Assembly (NCBI GenBank): GCA_040758355.1
Contig: JBFLWF010000008.1
Span: forward strand, 1 to 64,000
Direction: 5' to 3'
From: Nitrospirota bacterium
GTDB lineage: Bacteria > Nitrospirota > Thermodesulfovibrionia > Thermodesulfovibrionales > Dissulfurispiraceae
Length of the DNA: 64,000 nucleotides
The notes under the pieces were generated by a model, which ran no database searches, was not told the DNA's origin, and saw nothing but the letters and a program-made list of their open reading frames with translations. Within the stretch, counting starts at the first letter, position 1. Each line of letters starts with the position of its first letter. Position numbers and translations under genes: made by a program. This document shows positions 1-10,249 of this stretch, one piece after another.

Positions 1-127
1 TCCGGACTGCTTCATCCTTAAACTGCTTGTCATACTTCCTCCGTCCATTTCCTTCTTGCATTTGACACCTCCCATGGTTATATTGTACCTAACCTTTCGG
101 TGTGTCCGTAATACCGGGGGACGTGCA
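1..127 (-). mobile_element. Left end of an IS3-family insertion sequence (continues beyond window start)
   Basis: Minus strand begins TGCACGTCCCCCGGTATTACGGACAC (IS3-like TG...CCCCC...GGACAC end). It is followed by an SD (GGAGGTG) and an ORF from position 61 reading MQEGNGRRKYDKQFKDEAVR, typical of IS3 OrfA N-termini. Confidence 0.8.
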
Positions 128-300
128 AGATTGTATCAAGGCATGCAGGACAGGGTGTTAAGCAAACAAACGAAGAAACTGCGGATGAACTTTCCTATAA
201 AGATTTTGAGGAAGATGGATATTCCCATTCTCCGAAGGGCAATCCCCACCAACTCTCTAAAAAAGAAAAGGCAATAAGAAGGGTATTGAGCAAACTATGA
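128..300 (+). pseudogene. 3' remnant of a gene probably interrupted by the IS3 element
   Basis: Stop-free frame from the IS end (IVSRHAGQGVKQ...KEKAIRRVLSKL*) ending at TGA 298-300, with no start codon of its own. Confidence 0.4.
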
Positions 301-324
301 TATAATTTGAAATCGGAGGTCGCA

Positions 325-693
325 ATGAAGTTTTTATTGTTTAAAATTTTTGGATTTATTGCAGTGGTGGGTATATTAGTCAGTTTTAGACCAAGTTTTG
401 CTTATTCAGAACTATATGATTTAACTATAATTATAGTGCCCAAAGGGGAAGAGGAAGTCACTATCCCAAGTCGACTAAGTAAACCTACCATTGCCTATTC
501 TGTTAGTTTAGATTCTGACTCTCAAATATATAAAACTTCAAAAATAAATATCTTTACAGAAATTTTTAATGCGATAATTACAAAAAACATGATCAGCAAA
601 GAGTCTATTCTCTCTCTTGAACAAATTCCCAATTCAGATAGCGGAGTTTTTGTATACTCATCGCAAAGTGGTAAGATGAACATAGAGGTATGA
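325..693 (+). CDS. AT-rich hypothetical exported protein, possibly truncated
   Basis: GGAGG SD before ATG 325; signal-peptide-like N-terminus (MKFLLFKIFGFIAVVGILVSFRPSFA). Confidence 0.5.
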   Translation: MKFLLFKIFGFIAVVGILVSFRPSFAYSELYDLTIIIVPKGEEEVTIPSRLSKPTIAYSVSLDSDSQIYKTSKINIFTEIFNAIITKNMISKESILSLEQIPNSDSGVFVYSSQSGKMNIEV

Positions 694-1118
694 TTATTAA
701 TTTGCACCTTAAAACACTAAAAAACTACTTCCAAAACCGCCCTGACGTTGCCTTTGCCTTTTTGTTCGGCTCATACGCAAAAGGCACTGCAACAAAGCTG
801 TCAGATGTCGACATAGCTGTTTATTTCTATCCTGAAAAAAGACATCCTGTAGAGTATGAAGAAGAAGTGTTTTATAATGGTGAAGATGAAATTTGGGCTG
901 ATATGGAAAGAATTTTAAAGAAAGAGGTCGACTTGCTTGTTTTAAATAGAGTTTCGTCAAGTGTTGCTGCAAGTGCAATAAGAGGTGTTCCACTTGTGAT
1001 AAGTGATTGGGGGCTTTATCTTGACTTTATGGAAGTCGTTATATCAGAGGCAGATGATTTTATGGATTTTATTATAAGCGATTATAAGGAGAGGGCGACT
1101 GTTGCAAAAGGAATTTAA
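690..1118 (+). CDS. mntA: Minimal nucleotidyltransferase (MNT) antitoxin
   Basis: GS-x10-DxD motif (FGSYAKGTATKLSDVD), about 140 aa, coupled to a HEPN gene. Confidence 0.85.
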   Translation: MIINLHLKTLKNYFQNRPDVAFAFLFGSYAKGTATKLSDVDIAVYFYPEKRHPVEYEEEVFYNGEDEIWADMERILKKEVDLLVLNRVSSSVAASAIRGVPLVISDWGLYLDFMEVVISEADDFMDFIISDYKERATVAKGI

Positions 1119-1557
1119 GGTCAGACTCATAAAACATGTAACCTTCCTCGAAAATGAGTTGAAGGATTACGATGCTTTTAGTTCGCTTTCATGGGAGCAA
1201 TACAATACAGATAGGGATAAAAGAAGGAATGTTGAGAGATGGATTGAGAATATCATAAATTCATCCATAGATATTGCCAAAATAATATTGACCTCTGAAG
1301 GACTTGCTCTGCCGGATACTTATAAAGAAATTGTGAATTCCGTTTCTCTTGTGGCTGATTTCAATAAAGAAAAAATGGAAACACTTTCCAGATGGGTAAG
1401 GCTCAGAAACATCATTTCCCATGAATACCTTGATATAAGGTGGTCTTCTATAAAAAGATTCATATCAGAATCAAGGCCACTATTTGAGGACTTTTTAGCT
1501 GCAACAAAAGGGTATATCGAAAGAAAAGAGCGAAAGGATAGTGCTGAAACAGCTTAG
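1102..1557 (+). CDS. hepT: HEPN (DUF86) ribonuclease toxin
   Basis: R-x4-HxY motif (RNIISHEY), directly downstream of MNT. Confidence 0.85.
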   Translation: MQKEFKVRLIKHVTFLENELKDYDAFSSLSWEQYNTDRDKRRNVERWIENIINSSIDIAKIILTSEGLALPDTYKEIVNSVSLVADFNKEKMETLSRWVRLRNIISHEYLDIRWSSIKRFISESRPLFEDFLAATKGYIERKERKDSAETA

Positions 1558-2413
1558 ACCTGCCGATACAATCACCGCATTATTCAGTTTTTTGCTTTTA
1601 GTTCTTGCTGCATTTTTTTATAGCAAAATCCCTTCTGCGCCTTATCTAATTCTCATATATGCATCGTTAATATTTTTTCAGTTGATACTTGTTTATCTGA
1701 GCAGGCTTAACTCATTTCTTGCATTGACGAGGGATATCATATTCCCTGTCATCAGCGTGCTTATTATCTTTGACAGCCTTGGTTTGATTGTTCATAACAT
1801 CAATCCACAGGATATTGACTATCTCCTCATAAGGATTGATTATGTTGTCTTCGGTTGCTACCCCACCATTTTTATGGAAAGGATTATGAACTCATTTCTG
1901 ACCGACATTCTGCAGGTTGCCTATTCAACATATTACTTTCTGCCCGTAATACTTGGCGTTGTGCTGAAAATAAAAAAGAAAAATGAGGAGTTTGAAAAAT
2001 CATTATTTTTAATACTCCTCTGTTTCTATCTCTCCTATGTGGGCTATATACTCTTTCCAGCCCTCGGCCCGAGGTATGCGATGGAGCATTTGCATGATAA
2101 AACACTCGGCGGTTTCCTTGTATCCAAACCCATTCAGGATATATTGAATCTCCTCGAAGGGGTTAAGAGGGATGCATTTCCAAGCGGACATACCGGGATT
2201 GCACTTATAGTCCTGCTTTTGGCATATAGATACGCGAGAGGACTCTTCTGGATAATGCTGACCCCTGTTGCTCTTCTAATTTTTGCGACAGTGTATTTAA
2301 GGTACCACTATGCAGTGGATGTGATTGGAGGCGTACTGTTGACTATTGTCACAATAGCCATTGGTGAAGTATACTATAAATTCTACAAAAGAGATGGATT
2401 TACCGCACACTAA
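1541..2413 (+). CDS. PAP2-superfamily membrane phosphatase/phosphotransferase (Aur1-like)
   Basis: Multiple TM segments; PALGPRY, FPSGH and RYHYAVD motifs. Confidence 0.8.
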   Translation: MLKQLRPADTITALFSFLLLVLAAFFYSKIPSAPYLILIYASLIFFQLILVYLSRLNSFLALTRDIIFPVISVLIIFDSLGLIVHNINPQDIDYLLIRIDYVVFGCYPTIFMERIMNSFLTDILQVAYSTYYFLPVILGVVLKIKKKNEEFEKSLFLILLCFYLSYVGYILFPALGPRYAMEHLHDKTLGGFLVSKPIQDILNLLEGVKRDAFPSGHTGIALIVLLLAYRYARGLFWIMLTPVALLIFATVYLRYHYAVDVIGGVLLTIVTIAIGEVYYKFYKRDGFTAH

Positions 2414-2657
2414 GGTCAAAGACGGCATAATTATTCAGGTGAAGGTTATCCCGCGTTCATCAAAGAAAGAGATTGCCGGAGTTGAGGGCAATACTATAAA
2501 GATTAAACTCACGGCGCCGCCTGTAGAAGGCGCTGCCAATGAGCAGCTTATAGAGCTTTTGTCAGAGACATTGAGCATCAAAAAGGGCAATATCGAGATA
2601 GTGAAGGGTGATTCTTCCAGATATAAGACCGTGAAAATAAAAGGAGTCAATCTGTAA
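2394..2657 (+). CDS. DUF167/YggU family protein
   Basis: VKVIPRS...APPVEGAANEQL...SRYK motifs. Confidence 0.85.
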   Translation: MDLPHTKVKDGIIIQVKVIPRSSKKEIAGVEGNTIKIKLTAPPVEGAANEQLIELLSETLSIKKGNIEIVKGDSSRYKTVKIKGVNL

Positions 2658-3502
2658 TGCAGAGCATGACAGGCTTTGGTGCAGCAGAAAGAGACGGATT
2701 CAAGGTGGAGGTGCGCTCCTTAAATCACAGGTATATCGAGATTTCTGTCAGGATGCCTTCTGTTTTGATGGAGCATGAGATACCCGTCAGGAATATTATT
2801 AAGGGAAGGTTTGCGAGGGGCAAATTTGATGTTAATATATCATTTGCAGACAAAAGGCAGATGAAAATGGGGGTTAATAGAGAGCTTGCAAAAGGTATTT
2901 ACGATGCTTTTTCTGATTTGCAGAAGGAGTTGACCCTGCCAGGCTCTCTGACTATAGACTTCTTTTCAGGCTATAGAGAACTCCTAATGGCAGAAGAACC
3001 GGAATACGATGCAGATGCTCTGTATAATGCCCTCAATGATGCTGTATCAAAGGTTGAGGGGATGAGGAGGACAGAGGGAGAGATTCTCAGGACAGAATTA
3101 ATAGACCGCTTAAAAAGACTTGAGGGTATACATAGCGAGATAGAAGGGCTTTCAAAGGGACTTGTGGTCCATTATAAAGAGGCCCTTGCAAAAAAGATAG
3201 CAGAGCTTGTTCCAAATTTATCCATAGACGAGACAAGACTTGCGCAGGAAGTTGCCATAATGGCACAGAAAAGCGATATTGCAGAAGAACTGGCGAGATT
3301 CAGAAGCCATGTGCAGCAGTTTCAGTCTGCCCTGTCCAATGGAGATGTCATTGGCAGGAAGCTCGACTTTCTTTTGCAGGAGATGAACAGGGAGACGAAC
3401 ACTGTTGCATCGAAGATGGACGATGTGAGGATTATAAATCTGTCCATAGAGATAAAGACAGAGATAGAAAAACTCAGGGAGCAGGTTCAAAATATTCAGT
3501 AG
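2657..3502 (+). CDS. yicC: YicC/YloC family endoribonuclease
   Basis: SMTGFG N-terminus; [28 protein letters not shown]. Confidence 0.95.
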   Translation: MQSMTGFGAAERDGFKVEVRSLNHRYIEISVRMPSVLMEHEIPVRNIIKGRFARGKFDVNISFADKRQMKMGVNRELAKGIYDAFSDLQKELTLPGSLTIDFFSGYRELLMAEEPEYDADALYNALNDAVSKVEGMRRTEGEILRTELIDRLKRLEGIHSEIEGLSKGLVVHYKEALAKKIAELVPNLSIDETRLAQEVAIMAQKSDIAEELARFRSHVQQFQSALSNGDVIGRKLDFLLQEMNRETNTVASKMDDVRIINLSIEIKTEIEKLREQVQNIQ

Positions 3503-3506
3503 GGCA

Positions 3507-3770
3507 ATGAAGAATTTTCTTGTGAATATAGGTTTCGGCAATGTGGTGTCTGCAGGAAGGGTAGTGGCTGTTGTAAACCCGGGCTCGTCTCCTATCAAGA
3601 AACTGAGGGAAGAGGCCAGGGAGAGGGGCAAGCTCATCGATGCCACCGAGGGCAAGAAAATACGCTCCATAATAATCACCGACAGCGACCATATTATACT
3701 TTCTGCAATTCAAGTGGAGACAATAGTTCAGCGGATTTCGGGTCAGAAACTCTCTGCGGAGGGCATATGA
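3507..3770 (+). CDS. remA: RemA/DUF370 family protein
   Basis: NIGFGN...LIDATEG...IILSA motifs; conserved yicC-remA-gmk order. Confidence 0.9.
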   Translation: MKNFLVNIGFGNVVSAGRVVAVVNPGSSPIKKLREEARERGKLIDATEGKKIRSIIITDSDHIILSAIQVETIVQRISGQKLSAEGI

Positions 3771-4387
3771 GACAAAAAAGAGGTAGCCTTTTTGTAATAT
3801 CCGCCCCGTCAGGTGCGGGGAAGACGACATTGTGTCAGAAGCTGAGGGAAATCGTTCCTGATGTAAAGTTTTCCGTATCATTCACTACTCGCAAACCGCG
3901 TGCAGGGGAGGTAGACGGCGTTCATTATTCCTTTGTGGACGAGGATGAATTCCGTGCAATGATAGCAGAGGGAGAGTTTGTGGAATGGGCCCAAGTGCAC
4001 GGCAATTTTTACGGCACATCAAAGAGAAGAATTGAGGATATGATAAATGAGGGTTTTGACGTGATACTGGATATAGATGTTCAGGGAGGACGGCAGATAA
4101 AGGAGCATTTCCCCGACAGTGTCCTGATTTTTGTGCTACCTCCGTCAATGGATGAGCTTAAAAAGAGGCTTACAGGCAGAATGAGCGACGCTGAAGATGT
4201 GATTAAGAAAAGGCTTAAGAATGCAATAGACGAGATAAGGGAGTATAAAAATTACGATTATGTTATCATAAATGATGTCTTTGATGATGCCCTTGAGGAG
4301 GTGGTTGCAATAATCATTGCCGAGCGGATCAGGACGTCAAAGATAGAAGAAGGCTGGATAATAGAAAATTTTATAAAGGAGGAGTAG
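3767..4387 (+). CDS. gmk: Guanylate kinase
   Basis: [19 protein letters not shown] and DIDVQG motifs. Confidence 0.97.
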   Translation: MRQKRGSLFVISAPSGAGKTTLCQKLREIVPDVKFSVSFTTRKPRAGEVDGVHYSFVDEDEFRAMIAEGEFVEWAQVHGNFYGTSKRRIEDMINEGFDVILDIDVQGGRQIKEHFPDSVLIFVLPPSMDELKKRLTGRMSDAEDVIKKRLKNAIDEIREYKNYDYVIINDVFDDALEEVVAIIIAERIRTSKIEEGWIIENFIKEE

Positions 4388-4388
4388 C

Positions 4389-4790
4389 ATGGATATAATA
4401 TCCCTTCCGGTGGATTATGACAAAAAGAAAATAGAGAGCAGATACAGGCTTGTGGCCATTGCCGCGCAGAGGGCGCGGGAGCTCTCGTTGGGCGCAACCC
4501 AGAAGATACAGACAAAGGCAAAAAAGGTGACCACAACCGCCTTATTGGAAGCCATTTCAGGCAACATAGAGTTCATCACAGGAGAAGAGGCGGTTATCGC
4601 ACGTGAAAAGGCAGAAAAGATCGATTACAAGAAGCTCATCGAAGAGAAGAGGAAGCCCATAGAGGACCTCTCGGAGCTTGAAAAGGACCTCAAGGTTTAT
4701 CTCCATGAAAAGGGAGCAACCGAGAAGGCGCTGGAAGAGCTTTTTGCCGAGGCCGAAGAGGGCGAGGGAGCAGAAGAGTCCGAAGAGTAG
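4389..4790 (+). CDS. rpoZ: RNA polymerase omega subunit with a long acidic C-terminal extension
   Basis: SRYRLVAIAAQRAREL motif; located between gmk and coaBC. Confidence 0.9.
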   Translation: MDIISLPVDYDKKKIESRYRLVAIAAQRARELSLGATQKIQTKAKKVTTTALLEAISGNIEFITGEEAVIAREKAEKIDYKKLIEEKRKPIEDLSELEKDLKVYLHEKGATEKALEELFAEAEEGEGAEESEE

Positions 4791-4802
4791 AGCGGGAGCA
4801 AT

Positions 4803-5990
4803 GTGTTAAAGGACAGGTCTATACTTTTAGGCATTACAGGAAGTGTAGCTGCATACAAGGCGATTGAACTGATTAAGGGTTTGAGACAGGAAGGGGCCTC
4901 TGTTAAGGTTATCATGACAGAGGCCTCGAAACATTTTACCACCCCGTTATCCATAGAATTGGCATCCGGCAACAACGTCTATAACGACATGTTCGATTCG
5001 CCGCTGTCCCATGTGAGTCTTCCTGCTGATGCCGATCTGTTTGTTGTCGCGCCTGCAACAGCAAATATAATCGGCAAATATGCAAACGGCATTGCAGATG
5101 ACCTTCTCAGCACTGCACTGCTGGCCTTTAAAGGCACGATAATCATGGCGCCTGCCATGAACTGGAGAATGTACGAAAATCCGGTCTTCCAGAAAAACCT
5201 CCAGTATCTTGTTTCGCTGGGCACCAAGACCGTGGGGCCTGAAAGGGGAAGCCTTGCCTGCGGAGAGGAGGGCATTGGCAGAATGGCTGACATCGAGAAG
5301 ATCATGGAGACAGTCAGGACTGCTTTTTCAACACAGGATCTGACAGGAGAAAATATCCTTGTCACAGCAGGTCCAACAAGGGAGTACATCGATCCCATAA
5401 GATATATATCCAATAGATCATCAGGCAAAATGGGATATGCCATTGCAAAAATTGCCAAACGGAGGGGGGCAGACGTCACGCTTATAAGCGGCCCTGTATC
5501 GATAAAGCCTCCCGAAGGCATTGAGGTTATAAATGTCGAGACAGCCGGCGAGATGCATGCTGCTGTAATGGACAATGTATCCATGTCTTCCGTATTCATC
5601 ATGGCTGCTGCAGTTGCCGATTTTATGCCTTCAGAGACAAAGGGCAGCAAGATCGATAAAAAGGAAAGGCTTTCATTAAATCTTGTGAAGACTGCAGATA
5701 TACTTGAAGAAGCAGGGCGGTTTAAGAACAAGCCCTTTATTGTCGGGTTTGCAGCAGAAACAGGGCAGAGGCTCGACAGGGCAAGAAGAAAGCTTATTGA
5801 TAAGGATATAGACATGATTGTCTTTAACGATGTGTCAAAGGCGGGATCTGGATTCGATGTGGATACAAACGAGGTTGTTATTATCGACAGGAAGGTCGAG
5901 AAAAGGCTTCCCCTGATGTCCAAGGATGATGTTGCTATGGCCCTGTTTGACAGGATAAAGGAATTGAAAGATAATGGAACAGCGGAGTAA
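4803..5990 (+). CDS. coaBC: Phosphopantothenoylcysteine decarboxylase/ligase
   Basis: GSVAAYK, PATAN, PAMN, LACG, NRSSGKMG and GFAAET motifs. Confidence 0.97.
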   Translation: MLKDRSILLGITGSVAAYKAIELIKGLRQEGASVKVIMTEASKHFTTPLSIELASGNNVYNDMFDSPLSHVSLPADADLFVVAPATANIIGKYANGIADDLLSTALLAFKGTIIMAPAMNWRMYENPVFQKNLQYLVSLGTKTVGPERGSLACGEEGIGRMADIEKIMETVRTAFSTQDLTGENILVTAGPTREYIDPIRYISNRSSGKMGYAIAKIAKRRGADVTLISGPVSIKPPEGIEVINVETAGEMHAAVMDNVSMSSVFIMAAAVADFMPSETKGSKIDKKERLSLNLVKTADILEEAGRFKNKPFIVGFAAETGQRLDRARRKLIDKDIDMIVFNDVSKAGSGFDVDTNEVVIIDRKVEKRLPLMSKDDVAMALFDRIKELKDNGTAE

Positions 5991-6511
5991 TGGAAGATAG
6001 CATCTACATAAAAAGGCTTAAAGAGAGATTGAGACAGAATCACGATTCAAAGGTCTTCTTATCCCTTGCCGAGGAACTGAGAAAGAAAGACAAGATGGAT
6101 GAGGCAATAGCTGTACTTATTGATGGAATAAAGAGACATCCTGATTTCATCGCTGCAAGGCTTACCCTCGGGAGATGGTATCTTTTTAGCGATATGCTCT
6201 CAGAGGCGCAAAAGGAGTACTCAGAAGTCATTAAACAGTCTCCTGACAATATTTTTGCCCGCAAGGGGCTCGATGAGGCAAATAAAGGACTCGGAATTGT
6301 TGAAGAGGTTATTCCACTGTCTCTGCATAAAAACAGAGAGGCAGTTATAGACCGTTTGAATAAGTTTCTGGAAGAAATAAAAATCCGTTTTGTGGCATCA
6401 TCGTCTCTGGCATTATCTCTGGCGCATAAGGATAAAGATGCTGTCGTGAATCGTCTGGACAGGTTCTTGAGTGCCATAAAAATACATTTTGCTTCTTCAA
6501 ACCTAAATTGA
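5990..6511 (+). CDS. TPR protein with a tandemly duplicated C-terminal helix
   Basis: N-terminal TPR helices; two similar ~33-aa C-terminal segments. Confidence 0.75.
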   Translation: MEDSIYIKRLKERLRQNHDSKVFLSLAEELRKKDKMDEAIAVLIDGIKRHPDFIAARLTLGRWYLFSDMLSEAQKEYSEVIKQSPDNIFARKGLDEANKGLGIVEEVIPLSLHKNREAVIDRLNKFLEEIKIRFVASSSLALSLAHKDKDAVVNRLDRFLSAIKIHFASSNLN

Positions 6512-6713
6512 ACGATTTTGTAAGACAGGCACTGCTACAAGACTTTAAAAAGTCCTCGTTCATGTACATATGAGAGATTATAGATGCATTATCCATCAAG
6601 TATCCAATGTAGTAGATGACGGATACAAGATAAATGTATTTGCAAGTGCGGAGTTTAAAGTCTTTCCGCAGCACCTGCCTTACAAATCTGAATATAGAAT
6701 TGTTCAATTCAGG
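6502..6713. mobile_element. MITE-like palindromic element, family A, full copy
   Basis: Termini CCTAAATTGAACGATT / AATTGTTCAATTCAGG (14/16 complementary) with nested inner inverted repeats; 6508-6607 aligns without gaps to the reverse complement of 18789-18888. Confidence 0.75.
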
Positions 6714-6731
6714 ATAAATTAACATTGAACT

Positions 6732-7799
6732 ATGATACAGTCGAGAAAAAAAGACATTCAGCGAATTATTGGATTAAAGAGGCTTGATGGTCTCTTAATC
6801 GCCAATATTAAAAATATCCGTTATCTGACAGGATTTACAGGCTCCTCGGGGTTTGCTATTATTACCCGTGACAGAGGCTTGTTCTTTACAGATTTCAGAT
6901 ACGAAGAGCAGTCTAAAAGAGAGGTCAAAGGCTTTGAGGTAGCTATAGAGAAAGGCAAAAGGATAAAACTTATACAGAGTTTTGTTAAGAAGCTGGGTAT
7001 TAAAAAACTCGGTTTCGAAAAGTCCATATCTTACGAGTTCTATGAATTATTGAAGGGAGTACCTGCAGCGCTGCTTCCACAGAAGAACCTCGTTGAGGAT
7101 ATGAGGAAGATAAAGAGCGAGGAAGAGATTGGCAGCATAAAAGAGGCGGTGAGAAGGGCAGAGGGGGCATTCCTGAAAATTAAGCCAAGGATAAAGCCTG
7201 GAGCTAAAGAGAGGGAGATTGCACTGAGGATCGAAGAGCAACTGAAAAAGGCAGGATGCGGGAACATTCCATTTGATATAATAGTAGCTTCCGGGAAAAA
7301 CTCATCCATGCCCCACGCACGACCAACGGAAAAGAAGATAGAAAAGGGAGATTTTGTTATAATTGACTGGGGCGGGGAGGCTAACGGTTATTGTTCGGAT
7401 ATGACCAGGACGCTCCTTATGAATTGCAAAGACCTTGATAAAAAAATAAGGGTCTACAATACGGTTAACTACGCCCGGCAAAAGGCGATTAAATCCATAA
7501 GAGAAGGTCTGAAGACACAGGAGATCGACAGCACTGTTAGAAATGCCATCAAAAAGGCTGGATACGGGGAGTTCTTCGGTCACGGTACAGGACATGGCGT
7601 AGGACTTGATGTCCACGAATATCCCCATGTATCATGGAATAAAGGCGAAAAGATCCGCAATAATATGGTCTTTACCGTTGAGCCGGGAATATACATCCCT
7701 GAATTGGGCGGCGTTAGAATAGAGGACATGGTTTTAGTGAGAAACGGAAAGGCCGAACTCTTAACCGGTCTCAGCAGGGAGTTGGAGATAATTAAGTAG
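6732..7799 (+). CDS. Xaa-Pro aminopeptidase (M24B)
   Basis: YLTGFTGS, HGTGHGVGLDVHE and EPGIY...GVRIED motifs; upstream of efp. Confidence 0.93.
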   Translation: MIQSRKKDIQRIIGLKRLDGLLIANIKNIRYLTGFTGSSGFAIITRDRGLFFTDFRYEEQSKREVKGFEVAIEKGKRIKLIQSFVKKLGIKKLGFEKSISYEFYELLKGVPAALLPQKNLVEDMRKIKSEEEIGSIKEAVRRAEGAFLKIKPRIKPGAKEREIALRIEEQLKKAGCGNIPFDIIVASGKNSSMPHARPTEKKIEKGDFVIIDWGGEANGYCSDMTRTLLMNCKDLDKKIRVYNTVNYARQKAIKSIREGLKTQEIDSTVRNAIKKAGYGEFFGHGTGHGVGLDVHEYPHVSWNKGEKIRNNMVFTVEPGIYIPELGGVRIEDMVLVRNGKAELLTGLSRELEIIK

Positions 7800-7810
7800 G
7801 AGGTGCACTA

Positions 7811-8371
7811 TTGATTACAGCAGGTGATTTTAAGAGAGGGACAAAGATCGAATACAAGGGAGAGCCGTTCGAGGTGGTGGAATTCCAGCATGTCAAGATG
7901 CAGCAGAGGTCGCCTATTGTCAGGACAAAGATAAAGAACTTAAAGACAGGAAGAGTGCTCGAGGAGAACTTCCCGGCAGGCGACAAGTTCGAACCGGCAA
8001 AGCTCGAAGAAAAGGATATGCAATATTTATATGTTGACGGAGACCATCACTATTTTATGGATATGGAGACATACGAGCAGATGCCGCTGACAGCCGCACA
8101 GCTCGGCGATGCAAAGAAGTTTATCAAGGAGAACATGACGGTAAAGATTCTTTATTACAAGGGAGACCCTATAAGCGTAGAGCCTCCGATGTTTGTTGAG
8201 CTTGCAGTTGCCGATACAGAGCCTGCTTTTAAGGGAGACACGGCATCTGGAGGGAGCAAGCCTGCAAAGCTGGAGACAGGCGCGGTCGTTAAAGTGCCTT
8301 TTCATATACAGATAGGGGATGTGCTGAAGATCGATACCAGGACGTCGGAGTATATAGAGAAAGTGAAGTAG
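7811..8371 (+). CDS. efp: Elongation factor P with a non-canonical loop (KMQQRSP)
   Basis: [18 protein letters not shown] and IDTRT motifs; TTG start after AGGAGG. Confidence 0.95.
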   Translation: MITAGDFKRGTKIEYKGEPFEVVEFQHVKMQQRSPIVRTKIKNLKTGRVLEENFPAGDKFEPAKLEEKDMQYLYVDGDHHYFMDMETYEQMPLTAAQLGDAKKFIKENMTVKILYYKGDPISVEPPMFVELAVADTEPAFKGDTASGGSKPAKLETGAVVKVPFHIQIGDVLKIDTRTSEYIEKVK

Positions 8372-8378
8372 GGAGGCC

Positions 8379-8825
8379 ATGATGGAACTGGATGATTTAA
8401 AGGAGTTGATGGGGCTTTTAAAAGATACGGATGTGACCGAACTGCAGATAGAAAAGGATGGTGTTAAGGTCAAGATTAAGCGCGAGAAGTTCTTTGGTCA
8501 TTTAGAGTTTCCGCCGACCATGCATGAGAAACGGGAGATTAAAAAAGAAGAGGTGGTAGTAGAAACAGAAGCAGAAGGAAGACTCCTGACAGTTACCTCT
8601 CCTATCGTGGGCACATTCTACAGGTCGCCGTCTCCCGATGCAGAGCCATTTGTCGATGTGGGCGCACGGGTAAAGAAGGGGCAGGTTCTATGCATAATAG
8701 AGGCAATGAAGCTTATGAACGAGATAGAGAGCGAGGTTGACGGCGTGGTTGTGAGGATGCTCGTGGACAACGGACATCCCGTGGAATACGGAGAACCTCT
8801 CTTTCTGGTAGAGCCCATAGGTTAG
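8379..8825 (+). CDS. accB: Acetyl-CoA carboxylase biotin carboxyl carrier protein
   Basis: SPIVGTFY and EAMKLMNEI biotinylation motif. Confidence 0.97.
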   Translation: MMELDDLKELMGLLKDTDVTELQIEKDGVKVKIKREKFFGHLEFPPTMHEKREIKKEEVVVETEAEGRLLTVTSPIVGTFYRSPSPDAEPFVDVGARVKKGQVLCIIEAMKLMNEIESEVDGVVVRMLVDNGHPVEYGEPLFLVEPIG

Positions 8826-8848
8826 GCGGCAAATAAGATAGGAGAATC

Positions 8849-10249
8849 ATGAAACTCTTTAAGAAGATACTCATCGCAAACAGAGGCGAGATAGCTGTAA
8901 GGATTATCAGGGCGTGCAAGGAACTCGGCATCAGGACTGTTGCAATATTCTCCGATATAGAAAGGGAATCTCTCCATGTCAGGCTCGCCGATGAATCTAT
9001 ATGCATCGGCCCGGCGAACTCCAGACACAGTTATCTCAATATACCCGCAATACTCAGTGCAGCCGAGGTGACCGATTCCGAGGCGATTCATCCTGGATAC
9101 GGCTTTCTATCGGAAAATCCTCAATTTGCCGAGGCATGCGCCACATCGGGGATAACATTTATAGGCCCGACCCCTGAAAATATCAGGATCGGCGGAGACA
9201 AGGCAAAGGCCAGACAGGTGTTGAAGAGGCGAGGCATCCCTGTTGTTCCGGGCAGCGACGGGCCTGTCCCATCAGAAGAGGCAGCCATAAAGATAGCCCA
9301 GAAGATAGGATTCCCTGTGATAATAAAGGCATCTGCAGGCGGCGGAGGCCGGGGCATGAGAATAGTCAGGGAAGAGCAGGAGCTTTCCCATGCATTCCAT
9401 ATGGCTCAAAGGGAGTCGCTTGCTGCCTTCGGAAGCAGCGAGATATATGTGGAAAAATATCTCCCTTCCATAAGGCATATAGAGGTTCAGATAATCTCTG
9501 ACGGTAAAAATGTCATACACCTCGGAGAGCGCGACTGCTCCATACAGAGGAGGCATCAGAAGCTTATAGAAGAGGCTCCGTCAACCATAGCAACAGCAAA
9601 ATTCCGCAAAAAAATAGGCGAGCTTGCTGTAAGGGCTGCAAAGGCGATGAAATACCACAACGTCGGAACAATAGAGTTTATTGTTGACCAGGAACAGAAT
9701 GTATACTTCATGGAGGTAAACACGAGGGTGCAGGTAGAGCATCCTGTTACAGAAGAGATTACAGGAGTGGATATCATAAAGGAGCAGATACGCATAGCAG
9801 CAGGATTCCCGTTATCTTACAGACAGAACCAGATCAAACCATCTGGCTGTTCTATAGAGTGCAGGATAAATGCAGAGGACCCCGAGAAGTTTATTCCGTG
9901 TCCTGGCAGGCTGACATTATTTTCCCCGCCCGGTGGCCCCGGTGTAAGAGTGGATACCGCTGCATACACAGGCTGGGTAGTACCTCCGCAGTATGACTCG
10001 ATGATAGCGAAGCTGATAGTCTACGGCAAAAACCGGGAAGAGGCCATTGCAAAGATGAAGCGGGCACTGGATGAATTTCTCATTGAAGGGATAAAGACCA
10101 CAATCCCCTTCCATAGAAAGGTATTAAATCATCCTGATTTCGTAAAAGGCAATTTCAGCACGGACTTTATAGACAGGATGAACAATGGCAATAATGGCAG
10201 TAACGGACATAAATCCGCAGAGGCCGTCGCCAATAAGGATGAATCTTAA
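8849..10249 (+). CDS. accC: Biotin carboxylase
   Basis: [24 protein letters not shown] and [11 protein letters not shown] motifs. Confidence 0.97.
   Translation: MKLFKKILIANRGEIAVRIIRACKELGIRTVAIFSDIERESLHVRLADESICIGPANSRHSYLNIPAILSAAEVTDSEAIHPGYGFLSENPQFAEACATSGITFIGPTPENIRIGGDKAKARQVLKRRGIPVVPGSDGPVPSEEAAIKIAQKIGFPVIIKASAGGGGRGMRIVREEQELSHAFHMAQRESLAAFGSSEIYVEKYLPSIRHIEVQIISDGKNVIHLGERDCSIQRRHQKLIEEAPSTIATAKFRKKIGELAVRAAKAMKYHNVGTIEFIVDQEQNVYFMEVNTRVQVEHPVTEEITGVDIIKEQIRIAAGFPLSYRQNQIKPSGCSIECRINAEDPEKFIPCPGRLTLFSPPGGPGVRVDTAAYTGWVVPPQYDSMIAKLIVYGKNREEAIAKMKRALDEFLIEGIKTTIPFHRKVLNHPDFVKGNFSTDFIDRMNNGNNGSNGHKSAEAVANKDES

Noticed and set aside
4979..6043. 354-aa minus-strand ORF; similarly 43912-44901 on the plus strand and many shorter antisense ORFs
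   Set aside because: Antisense shadows of coaBC, trpD and other clear genes; Ser/Ile/Pro-rich with no recognisable motifs.
6502..6713. Reading the palindromes as integron attC sites
   Set aside because: Ends only loosely fit RYYYAAC/GTTRRRY, they flank core genes rather than cassettes, and no integrase is present.
10180..10210. Asn-Gly runs (NNGNNG) in AccC, the dCMP deaminase and NrdJ
   Set aside because: Codon-level low-complexity linkers with varied codons; no shared DNA unit beyond what the peptide forces.
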